Assembly: GCF_037042905.1 (NCBI RefSeq)
Contig: NC_087245.1
Coordinates: 39,868,001-39,928,000, forward strand
DNA length: 60,000 nucleotides
Direction: 5' to 3'
Source: Lytechinus pictus
Lineage: Eukaryota
The notes beneath the pieces are model-generated. The model did no database searches and was not told where the DNA came from. It worked only from the letters and a program-made list of their open reading frames with translations. Both the position numbers and the translations under genes were made by a program. How positions within the stretch are numbered: position 1 is the first letter of the stretch; each line of letters opens with the position of its first letter. Below are positions 15,438-27,400 of the stretch, piece after piece.

Positions 15438-18400
15438 ATCACAAATAGTTTAGTAATTGCCGTAGAAATAAAATCATAGATTTTAAAAGGAGCATAGCTC
15501 TCAAAAAATGAAAGGTAAAGTCACACTCTTCGTCATATATATATATATATATATATGTATGACTGCACTAGAGTTATTGTTCTCTTTAACTGTACTTTAG
15601 TTCAACATTAAATTTGATTTAGTTGCTGATGAACCCTCAGGGGGAAACAGTCTGTACAACTAAAATCTAAGCAACTCGCTCCACCCTATTACTATACTAT
15701 ATATATATATATATACAGGGTACCAAATATATATATACATACATAATTAGAGGCTACATTCATATAGGCCTACATGTACATTTTATAATTTGATATTGAT
15801 ACTCAGGAGGCCATTACCAAGGAGGGGTGATATCTCCTTGCCATTCTTATGCACACAAAGGGGTCATTGCAATTCTGTGATACAGCAATTTGAATTGCAC
15901 AGAAGCTACAATGTTACGTACATGTACAGTATGTAAATCCCCAGGCATAAATGTAGGCTACATACATGTACATGTAGCACAGAAGTTGCGTGAGGTTTTC
16001 TGAGCACACATACAGGCCTACATGTAAACCTCGCATTAGTGCAAGTGCCCTTTACACAGCACATGCACATTGCACATAATGAACAGAGACTTCAAACTTG
16101 TAGCAGGCCTACAATAGCCATGACTATAATTTAATAAAGTTTATATACCCAGATATTCGGATTGGTAAATTTTGAATATATTATTTGAAATGTGAAGGTC
16201 AGCCACTCGTCAGGGCTATTAACATACATGTACATAAACATTTAATGTCACAGCACTTCCTATGTGCAATTCAATACAATACATGTACATGTATTCTGTT
16301 TACACTATACATACATTAGGCCTATAGTGGTTTTAACAACACAGTACTATCTCTCAATGATAATGCATGCAATCAGGGGGTGAACCTCCACCCCCCCCCC
16401 CCCCCACTTCATTTACAGTGTGTGTTGTGTACATTGGAATCTACAGATCATGCATGTACATTGTACAGTACATGTACTCATGAGCATACAAATTACTATA
16501 TTACAGTGTACTGTACAAAATTAAACTTTAATTTAAAGCCCACAATTATCTACCTTAAAACCCTCAACTGCATGTACATGTTCCCTTGCAGGGATCTTCC
16601 CTTGAAGGGATATTAGTGGGTTTTCGCCCAGCGTCGTACGACGTAGAACGTACGTGTGCAAAAATCGCCAACTTTCATGGAAACAGAGGCCCGAGCGTTC
16701 TTGAGCTCAAATCACGGACGGTTCTTCCGCAAATTAGCGGGCGTCCGCATTAGAACGTAGGATTTGTCAACAGCCGTCAACAGCCAATCAGATCGCTTGT
16801 AGAGCGAGCAAGCTGAGCCGATCGATGTAAACACATTCGCCCATCGCGTGCATGCACATGTTGTACTCTACTCTGACTACACTGATAGCTGAAAGCTTCA
16901 AAACATGGACTCGAATGCGAGTTTTTCGGTGAGTACCATTTCAATTATACTAAAATCAAGCTAAGTATAATTTCAAAATGTTACAGTAGAAGTTTAAACG
17001 AGTATGATTATTGAAATATGATTGAAAAGCCGTTGCATGGCTCGGTCGACGACGCGACTGCAAGACACATGGCACTGCCAGTTGTGTGCACGTAGTAGGA
17101 ACATATACAATGCACATGTTGGCGTGTCAACATTACATGCCAACCATGCCAGCCGGTCGATCCGGCCGCGTTCAGCGATTTGCGAAACTGCTTACAAGCG
17201 AGAGTTGAGCGCGACGGACGCACGAACAAAGAGATCGTTCTACGTCGTAGATAGCGTCGTACGACGCTGGGCGAAAACCCACTATTTTCAATGTAAACAG
17301 TAACTTTGCTTTTTTATCAAGTCTAAGTTGTATACCGTAGTCTGGTCTGTTATATGCTTTTCACACAGCATTTCCTTAACCCCATACTATCCTTAACCCC
17401 GGACTATCCTTAACCCCATACTATCTTTTTTTCGATTCACACACTGTCTTTCTTAACCCCGTACTATTTGCTTAGCCGGGGTTAACGCCTTAACCCCGGG
17501 CAATCACACAGCTCATAAATATTGATGATTTTACCATACAGAGCGCGATTAACGTGCAATTTCGTCTTCTGTGATTGGCTAATGCTTAGCCCCACTTTTG
17601 CTTTATAATAGCCCTGTTTCGTTTCACACTGCATCTCTTAGCACCGCAATTGTGGTGCTAGCACCACAATAAGCCGGCTAACCCTGCCTTTTTGCAGGGC
17701 CAGATAGTACCGTACTATTTAGTATTTACCGTGCGAGCCCACTTTGCTAAAACGTAGTGTGAAAACGAAGTGGGCTAAGCTTAACCCCGGGATATTGGTG
17801 GGGCCAAGACCCCCCCCCTTAGCCCCACCAATTTCCTGGGGTTAAGGGAAAAAAGTGCAGTGTGAAAAGTATATTAGTGGAATTATGTGGACACGGTGGA
17901 CAAAAGCATGATTTTTTTTCTCCAGACCTTTGTTTATATATATAAGAATGAATGCACAAGGTTAGAGGCAATAATATTCAAGTTTTCTTATTTAATTTAC
18001 TGGTACTTATTTTTTTTTTGCTTTAATGGTTAGGGAGGTATAAATACATCTACAGGTAAAAGGATCCTGCAGTGTAATACAATACAATACTATAGAAGTT
18101 GTAGTGTATTCCATTACTATTTCAATGACGACCATGTAAAGTGTACATGTTAACATTTACTGAAGGTTTATTTTAGAGGCTGTTCTCACTACGTTCCTCA
18201 AACTAGTTTACTGGAAACTAGTTTAACGCGTAGTGAGAACGGTCGTAGCGGTCTTGGAAGCGATCTTCCAAACCAGTTTGGAAAACCACCTCGCGATGTA
18301 GTTTTCAAGATCGCTTTGCCTCGTTAAACTGGTTTTAGCGTAAGTGAGGACACAACTGTTCTTCGGGAAGCGATCTTCGCACATTTTGAGCGCGCTACTC

Positions 18401-21400
18401 CACACAACAGGTGTAGAATGCCTATGCTGCGGTTTCGAATTTCGCGCGAAACGTGTCACCCCACTGAGAGCATTTCCATAGCAACAAGAGCGCTTTACGT
18501 GAAGTGATTTAGAAAACCACTTTCGGGTGATCAAGTGGGAACGCCAGCAAAGCGATCTTCCAAACTGGCTTCCTGAACCGTTTTCCAGTAAACTAGTTTT
18601 AGAAAGCGTAATGAGAACGGCCTCTTACACACAATTCAATAATGTGCATTGGGGTCAATGGGTGTCTTCTGCATGTACATGTACATGTACACACAAAGGA
18701 TGATGACATCCCATACTTTGGTACACGTGTACCTATAAAACCAAGCGACCCCTGCCCTGGGCTGGGTTGTTTTGTCCAGCCAAGGATTACACCATCTCCT
18801 TCTGTTTTGATGCAATCCCAGACCACTGTAGTCTACTACCCTAGACCCATGTAGTGTGTGGTTTGTAAATCCAGGGACTTGTATGCAGTCAAGCACAAAG
18901 GCTGACACTTTTGGTCACACCCAGAAAGATTATTTATTGTGCAGGGGGGGGGGGGGGGAGGGATATGTATATGTGCATGAATATCATGTTTTACAGCAAC
19001 AGGGGCTTTATACCACAGTAAATACCAGGGTATTACAATTTTTCTATCCCTGACATTCCAATGGTTGATATTTCTTATCTTGTATTGTTTACACATGTAT
19101 ACTGAAATGTACTGTATTGATCTTTGTATTTTTTTCAATGACAATGTACTGTAATAATACTACTGTATAAGTTTTACTGAAGGTTAATTTTACACGCAAT
19201 TCAATAATGTGCATTGGGGTCAATGGGTGTCCTCTGCGTATGTACATGTACACACAAAAGATGATGACATACTTTGGTACACATGTACCTATAAAACCAA
19301 GCAACCCCTGCCCTGGGCTAGTCTACAACTGTAGACCCACATCTGCAGTGTGTGTATCACAGCTGATTCAAGGAGTCTGCATAGCAGACCAGAGCCTGCA
19401 GATCTGGGTCTACAACTTGTTTGACCAATGTACACGAAACGTGTACACAAGGCGGAGCTTGCTGAAACCCTCCGTTGCCAGTAGATACCATGATTGACAG
19501 CAGATTTGTGGAAGTAGGGGCAAGAGAGGGATTAGGATCCAGCTGTTCTGACCATTTCTTATCTTGTGGAATTTAAACAAATAGGGTATACTCCTCTTTC
19601 ACTTTTGGGGCTTGCTACATACACATAGGATCCATATACATGCATAGATACATATATGAATGTACTTGAGTAGTCAGGAGATGGAATGGTTTGGATGTCC
19701 ATGATGATACCAAAGTCTGTAATAGCTCATGGTTATAATAGCATAGGGCATATTTTGAAACATTTTTTGTTACAGCAAGGAACGTGTATGGAACTAATAC
19801 AGTATATGAATGTGTAGAAGATGCCCTGATCACCCCCCCCCCCCCCCCGGGTCTTTTATAAGTGACATGGAATAAACCTTGTCTTTTTCTTCCTTTCTTT
19901 CCTTTTTTTCTTTTTTCCTCTTTTCATTCTTCTTGATTTTTTTTTCTTTTCCTCTTTTCTTCTCTCTTGTTTTCTTTCTTTTTTCTCTCTTCTTTTTCTC
20001 TTTATATCTTCCTTTCTTTCCTTTCCTTTCTTCCTTTTTCTTTCTTTCTTTCATTCATTCATTTTTCCTTCCTTCTTTTTCATTTTTATCTCTTTCTCTC
20101 TCTCTCTCTTTCTTTCTTTCATTCTTTCCCTTCCTCCTCCTTTCTTATTTTTTCTAATTTTATTTTCATTTTTATTTCATTTGCTCTCTCATTCTTCTTC
20201 CTTTCCTCCAATGTCCTGTTTTTTTTAATGTTATTTATCATCCTACGTGTATCTTTATCATTTCTACAATATAATGGAACTGATTGATTAAAGGACAAGT
20301 CCACCCCAACAAAACTTGATTTGAATAAAAAGAGAAAAATTCAACAAGCATAACACTGAAAATTTCATCAAAATCGGATGTAAAATAAGAAAGTTATGAC
20401 ATTTAAAAGTTTCGCTTCATTTCACAAAACAGTTTGATATGCACATCTCGGTCGGTATGCAAATGAGGGAACTGATGACATCACTCACTCACTATTTCTT
20501 TTGTATTTTATTATATGAAATGTGAAATATTTTTATTTTCTTGTCATTGTCATGGTGAAATGAAGTTTCATTCCTCCCTGAACACGTTTAACATTTTATG
20601 CTTCAGGCAAAGAGGTCCTAATCATCAAATTCGTAAAAATTGAAATATTGTGTAATTCAAACAATAAAAAACAAAAGAAATATTGAGTGAGTGACATCAT
20701 CGACTCTCTCATTTGGATGTAACTGGCTCGTTCATATAACTATTTTGTTAAAAATAAGCGAAACTTGGAAATGTCATAACTTTCTTATTTTACATCCGAT
20801 TTTGATGAAATTTTCAGCATTGTGCTTGTCTGATCTTTCTCTATTGATTCAAATCAACATTTTTCTGAGGTAGACTTGACCTTTAATGAACCAAACCGTT
20901 TTCTAAAGTACAAAATAAGAAATTATATGAAATTTTAGCGTGCAACATTAACCTTATGTACTACTCACATAAGATATGACTTGTTCTCCTTTCTTATACC
21001 CTCTTTATTTCTTCCCCTTCCTTTCCTTCTTGTTATCTTTTCTTTCTCTTTCTCTTTGTCTCTTTTCTTCTTTTCCGTTCCTTCTTCTTACATCTTAATA
21101 AATTAAGTTTTGTTTGCCCTGCCATTAGCATTTAGTTTCACATTTTCTTTATAATTCTATTCTTTCCTTCTTCATTAAGCCTATTGTGAATGTTTTGATG
21201 TTTTGTTTTATGGCTAATATCAAATAAAGATAAATTATATATATTTCATTTACAGATGAGATTCAGACATCCCCATTGCACATGAAATACAGGGGCCGCG
21301 GAAGCGGGGGGGGGGGGGGTGACCCCACTTTCAAAGCCGTGTACATAATCGTAAAAATGACCATATGATTGTGATTTTTTGCGTCATCAGCCCCCCCCCC

Positions 21401-24400
21401 CCTACTTTGAAAACCATTTCCACGGCCCCTGAAATATACACTGTTCATCATCACACCGGACACCTCGGGCCCACCCTGGATCCGCCTATGAAATGCATTT
21501 TTTTTTAGAAGAAGTAGCATACACTACAGCAGTGGCGTACCTATAGGATTTTCCACAGGAGGGGAAAATTTGCCCGCCAAAAAAGTTGACAAGCAAAAAA
21601 AAAAAGAAAGAAAAGGTCCTCAATCGAAAATAAAGGTTTTCGTACCAGAAAAAATATTGACATGCAAAAAAAGAAAAAGGCCTTCAAGTTTGTCAGGGGG
21701 GGGGGGGGGCAATAAAGGTCTTTCAAGCTCGTCAGGGGGGGGGGGGGCAGGGATATGTCTTTTGTATGGGTTGTGGCTCGTCAGGGGGGAGGGCAGATTG
21801 CCCCCCCCCCCCGTAGGTACGCTAGTGCACTACAGCCAATATAACTGGTAAGCACATATTTAACAGACAACAACAAAAAATTACCTACTTTCCACAATTC
21901 AAATCCAACATATTAATATTTTGAAACAAAATAATTATCCTTCAAAGCAATGGGGCATAGTACATGTAAGCAGTTTGCACTAATGAGTAAAGCATCAAGG
22001 CATATAGCTCCCGGGCATACCAATATGCAACTTTCACATCTTTGGCATCGACATTGCATGTGTTGACAAAGCTAATTGTTTTCATATTCAGTTCATTCAG
22101 CAGGATTGGCTGATTTAAATCACGTTGATTTTAATCGCGATTTAAATCGCGATTTAAATCACTGTGATCATTTTTTTCAAATCATTGATTTAAAGGTCAT
22201 ATCCACCCCAGAAAAAAAGAGTTTAATTGAATAAACATAGAGAAAAATCAAACAAGAATAACGCTGGAAACTACATCAAAATCGGATGTAAAATAGTTTA
22301 TGATAACATTTTAAAGTTTCGCTTATTTTTCACAAAACAGATGGGTGTTTTATAAAGCTGTTCGTAAGTTAAGAGCGACTTTAAAGATAAATTCCAGTTT
22401 TGGTAACGATCTAAAAATGACTTTTTACAGAATCTAATATAATGACCACCCAAGTGTCTGTTTGTATGAAATAAAAATATGTGCCAAAGGGTTCTGGAAG
22501 AAATTGTGTAATTGCTGAGAAATAAGCAAAATAAGCGCGGATTCGGTCACTTCCGTCGGGTCTTTATTTTAGCAATAATAATACACTGTCCCACTTGTGC
22601 CTATCTGTGTTGGTGATCTTCAGTGTGAACATTTTTCAGCGTAGATTTCAAGATTTCAAAAAGTTCAGTTTATGTAACTGTACCAGATCTAGATCCTCGA
22701 TGATATACTGACAACTGAGCCTTGTTTTACAGACTTTCTCATGAAATCAGTGTTTACTGCAAATACTGGAATTTCTCTTTAAGAACGATTTGAGATCCTT
22801 TCTGGTGGTAAATTGTATATACATTGGCGATGGTTTATCGCGTAAGAAGTGTTCACCAGTCGTTCTTTAAGTCGCTCTTAAAGGACAAGTCCACCCAAAC
22901 CAAAAATTTATTTGAACAAAAAGAGAAAAATCCAACAAGCATAACACTGAAAATTTCATCAAAATCGGATGTAAAATAAGAAAGTTATGACATTTTAAAG
23001 TGTCGCTTAATTTCACAAAACAGTTATATGCACATCCTGGTCGGTATGCAAATGAGGAGACTGATGATGTCATCCACTCACTACTTCTTTTGTATTTTAC
23101 TATGTGAAATATGAAATATTCTAATTTTCTCCTCATTGCCAAGTGAAACAACGATTAATTCCCCCCTGAACACGTGAAATTAGCATTGTTTAATATCATA
23201 TGGTTCAGTCAAGTTGGTCCGTATTGTCAAATTTGTAAAAAATGATATATTGTATAATTCAAACTATAAAAAACAAAAGAAATAGTGAGTGATGGACATC
23301 ATCGATTGACTCATTTGCATGTCACTGAGTTGTGCATAACTGTTTTGTGAAAAAATAAGCGAAAATGTAAATGCCATAACTTTCTTATTCTACATCCGAT
23401 TTTGATGAAATTTTCAGCGTTATGCTAGTCTGATTTTTCTCCATTTATTCAAATCAACATTTTTCTGGGGTGGACATGACCTTTAACTTGTGAACAGCTT
23501 TATGAAACGGCCCCCAGTTATAATGACAATTCAGTGATATGAAAATTAGAGAGTCGATGATGTCACTCACTCACTATTGCTTTTGCATTTTTACTGTTTG
23601 AATTATACAACATTTCATTTTTTACGAATTTAACAAATAGGACCCTCTTGTTTGAACTACAAAATGTTAAAACAATGTAATCCCACATGGTCAGGGAGGA
23701 ATGATTTTTTTCATAAAAATATTTCATATTTCACATAATAAAATACAAAAAAAAAATGAGTGATGTCATCGCCCTAATTTGCATACCGACAAGGATTTGC
23801 ATATAACCACGGTTTTGTGAAATTAAGCAAAAATTTTAAACGTCATTACTTTCTTCTTTTAGATCGGATTTTGATGAAATTTTCAGCGTTATGCTTGTCT
23901 GATTTTCTCTTACTATTCAAAGCAGCTTTTTGTTGGGGTGCATGACTTTTCCTTTAAATCACTTCCATTGAAACATGTACAAATTATTTGGGATTTTTTA
24001 TTGTTTGTGGCAGTTTTACTTTTTAAATTAAAAAGAGAAAGATTTTACCAACTTTATATCATGAGAACAGGAATAAATCCTTCATATCTACTCAGAACAA
24101 TTGAAATCAAATCAATGAAATCAAGTCAATCTTGCAAAACCAAAGATGAACATGTAGCCTACATTATATGCGACCCCTACTCAACTTGTATGTATGAGTA
24201 GACTTTGTTAATAGTAAAACAAATTTCTTGTTTCTTTATGTCAAAATTCAAAAGTGTTTTAGAGGGCAGTTTTCAAGAAAGTAAAGGAACTCTGAACTTA
24301 TTAGGCTGAATCTCAACATGATAGATTTTTGCCAGGATGGGTTATAACCATGGATCCTATACTAGAAAAAGCCTGTTCAGACATTCTGAGTAGGATTGTG

Positions 24401-27400
24401 CTTCATTCAGCCAGTTCACTGAAAAAGGTTCAGTAATTAAGTATACATTTACATTTATTTTAAAATATGTATGAATGTTCTTGGCAAAGGGCACTAACAT
24501 GACTAAATCATAACAACTATACATTTTAGTGCCCTTTGCCAAAATGATTTATGTTTGTACATTTTTAAGTGAATATTTTGAATTGAGTACAATAAAAGTA
24601 AAAATCGGCAACGTCCCTGCTTACCCAATACACCGATATTTTAACATTTATATTCCTTTACATGTTCCTGTATTCAAATAAATAGGCCGACACAGTAGTA
24701 TAAGGGAACCCGTTTTCTTATTTTAGCAAAACTGCTGCTAAAATACTAGTTTTCCAGTTTATTGTAAACGAAATCATTTAAATCAACTTGCAAGTTTGTC
24801 AAAACTTTGCAAGCCAATGCTTTGAAACAGTCAAATAGTTCCAACTATGGCTCAAAGAAGAACTTAAAGGAATTGTCCAGGCTGGAGAAATTATGATACA
24901 TGTATCAATAAATAAAGTAAAATTCACAGAGTAAAATACTGAAATTTGATCAAAATCGGATAACAAATAACAAAGTTATTGAATTTTAAAGATTTCTTTT
25001 CGATTATTCCGGTAAAACATTTCTAGGCATGTCTTCATGAATATCCGTTAGTTGGGCTTATGATGGCATATCTCCACTTGTTCTTTTGATTATGATTATG
25101 TGAAATTAGGTTTATTAAAAAGGAATTTACCAAGAACTAAAAACAATTGAATTGGCAACTAATTAAGTACATTAGTTATTTATTGCCGCAACTTATTTCA
25201 TCATAATGGAGACACATTATTTACACATGTATAAAAAAAATGAAACAATTATGATTTCATGTTATAAGAAAAAGGAAAGAGGGGATGTGACATCATCAAC
25301 CCACCAAATGAACATTCATGACGATGTAAATATAACTGTTTTCACAAAATACTGATAAACTTTAAAATACAATAACTTTGTTATTTGTCATCCAATTTTG
25401 GTGAAATTTTCATCATTTTACTCTATTTATTTAGATCTGAATATTTTCAGCCCGGTCCATTCCTTTTAGGTTGATACAAACAAAAATAAATGCAGTCGGT
25501 CAAAGCTTTGAAAGCCAATGCTTTGAAACAGTCGTTCCAACTGTGGCTCAAAGAACAACTTGGGGTTGAAACAAACAAAAGATAAATGCAGTTTTCTTTA
25601 ACATGTATGATCTTCAATCCTTGACCTGAAAATAAAATTTAAAAAATATATCTCTTTGGAGAACTTGAATCTCTGAGTCATGGAATTCTTCCAAATAAAC
25701 TGATCCTCATTAAATACCAAGAGCTTTGAAAATGAGCACCAACTTTGCATGTTTGCAGCATTAGCTGTACCAAGACAGTTCCTTTGAACCAATAAGTAGA
25801 AGCTCTCTACATGTACTTTAGACACAGCAGAAAATGTCAGCTTCTTTATGGCTTTAATATTTTCTATAAATTATATTTTGACTGGATTTGATTATGAAAT
25901 AGTTAAGAATAATTTTGGTGGTGAAATGCATAATTTTAAAATTGATGTCAGTGTGAAGGGTTATATTTTGGGTGTTTGCACTTTGTTAAAAAAAAATTGT
26001 TAGAAAAAATCAGATTGAAATTTAAAAAAATCTGATTTAAATAAAATAGATCCGATTTAGGTTTATATAAAAAAATTGCCAACATTTTCATTCAGCATAC
26101 TTTTGAGTTTGAAAGTACCTGATTATCACATACATTATGGCTGGCATAAAAACACTTTTAATACAAAGGTGAACGAATGTTGCTGGGCATGACAACTTAC
26201 ACAAGGCTAATTAAGGCTAATTAATATCAAACTGAGCTAACATAACAGTAAAACAGGTTGAATACAGTAGCATGGAGAAGTGACTACAAATACAAGGTCC
26301 AATCAAGAAACTATGGTTAGAAGTTAATTCCAAACAGGAACAAAATAAAACATAGCTATCCTGTTTGATTAAAAGTATGATAGTTTACAAACTTACAATC
26401 GTGAAATTTAAGATTTTCATTTTGTAAACTATCATATTTAATATTTAAGTTCTGAATTTTATGAGAATGGTGTTTTTGAGTTTGATATTTTGGGTTTTAA
26501 GTACCATATGATAAATGTTTTAAGGAATACTGGTTTAATTTACAAACTTAAGCTTAGTTTGCTTCATAAAAATCTGATAACTTTATACCATTCCATGATT
26601 TTCTCTTATTTAAAATATTGCAATACCAATGTAACCTCATATGAATTGGACTCAATATTCAAAAGAAATGTTTAAGAATAATTACCTATTCTAATAGCAC
26701 CATCCGCACCTTTATTTAATAAGCGAGAACTCACAATATTTATCTAAGTTCAAGAAGAGGTAGTTGTTACCCATGTAGTTTTCAGATCTTTTTCAATGCA
26801 ATAATCAAGTTCATAACCATAATATACCCGTTCTTCCAATAAATTTCATTTATGGTCTATTAGGTCTATAGTCACGAAGCTGAGTTATGTAGGTCCCAAA
26901 CAATGGAATGAGATTCCCCAAATAATAACTAATTCACAATTTATATATTCTTTTAGAAAACAGTATTCAAATTTTCTAGTAAATTATTATTAATTCTCAC
27001 ACATGATATCAATGCATACTTGTAACGTATCTACCCCCCTCAACTCGTGTTTTTTTTCTCCTTTTTATATACACTATTAACTATAATGATATGATATTCT
27101 GTTTTGTATTAATGTTGTTTTGTTTTTACTATGTTTTGGCGAGCCTCACATGTTTCTTATTACCTTCATGGGAAGCCACGCAATTTATTTTTATTATCTA
27201 ATCACATTATTTGATGTTTCCTTGTATTTTTATCCTATTTGCGAAATAAAGATTGAATTGAATTGAATATATATATAGAGCTATGATAAAACCATCCACT
27301 ATTTTGGGCCATGGAGCAAGGTTTTGGCCATACATGCAGCTGCTCAGTGGAATGTCATATGTAAACACTGTCTGATGGCCTGAGCGGAGGGTATTACATA

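Larger units (their letters stand above)
22341..23514. mobile_element. Harbinger-type MITE inside the Kolobok MITE
   Basis: 3-bp TSD CAG; TIR-like GGGTGTTTTATAAAGCTG / CAGCTTTATGAAACGGCCCC. Confidence 0.75.
22194..23953. mobile_element. Kolobok-type MITE interrupted by further insertions
   Basis: TTAA|AGG...CCT|TTAA; its two halves (22194-22340, 23518-23953) match the intact copy at 1375-1977. Confidence 0.85.
22101..26087. mobile_element. hAT-like element inside the AcademH-like relic
   Basis: 8-bp TSD TCATTCAG (22093-22100 / 26088-26095), CAGGATTGGC...GCCAACATTT degenerate TIRs, subterminal GATTTAAATC repeats. Confidence 0.7.

Noticed and set aside
17375..17850. CTTAACCCC repeats as telomere-like or telomerase-template sequence
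   Set aside because: They differ from TTAGGG and are subterminal repeats of a Harbinger-type MITE with TIRs and a TTA TSD.
19830..20304. Lys/Glu-rich and Phe/Ser-rich ORFs
   Set aside because: Translations of a CT-rich low-complexity tract.
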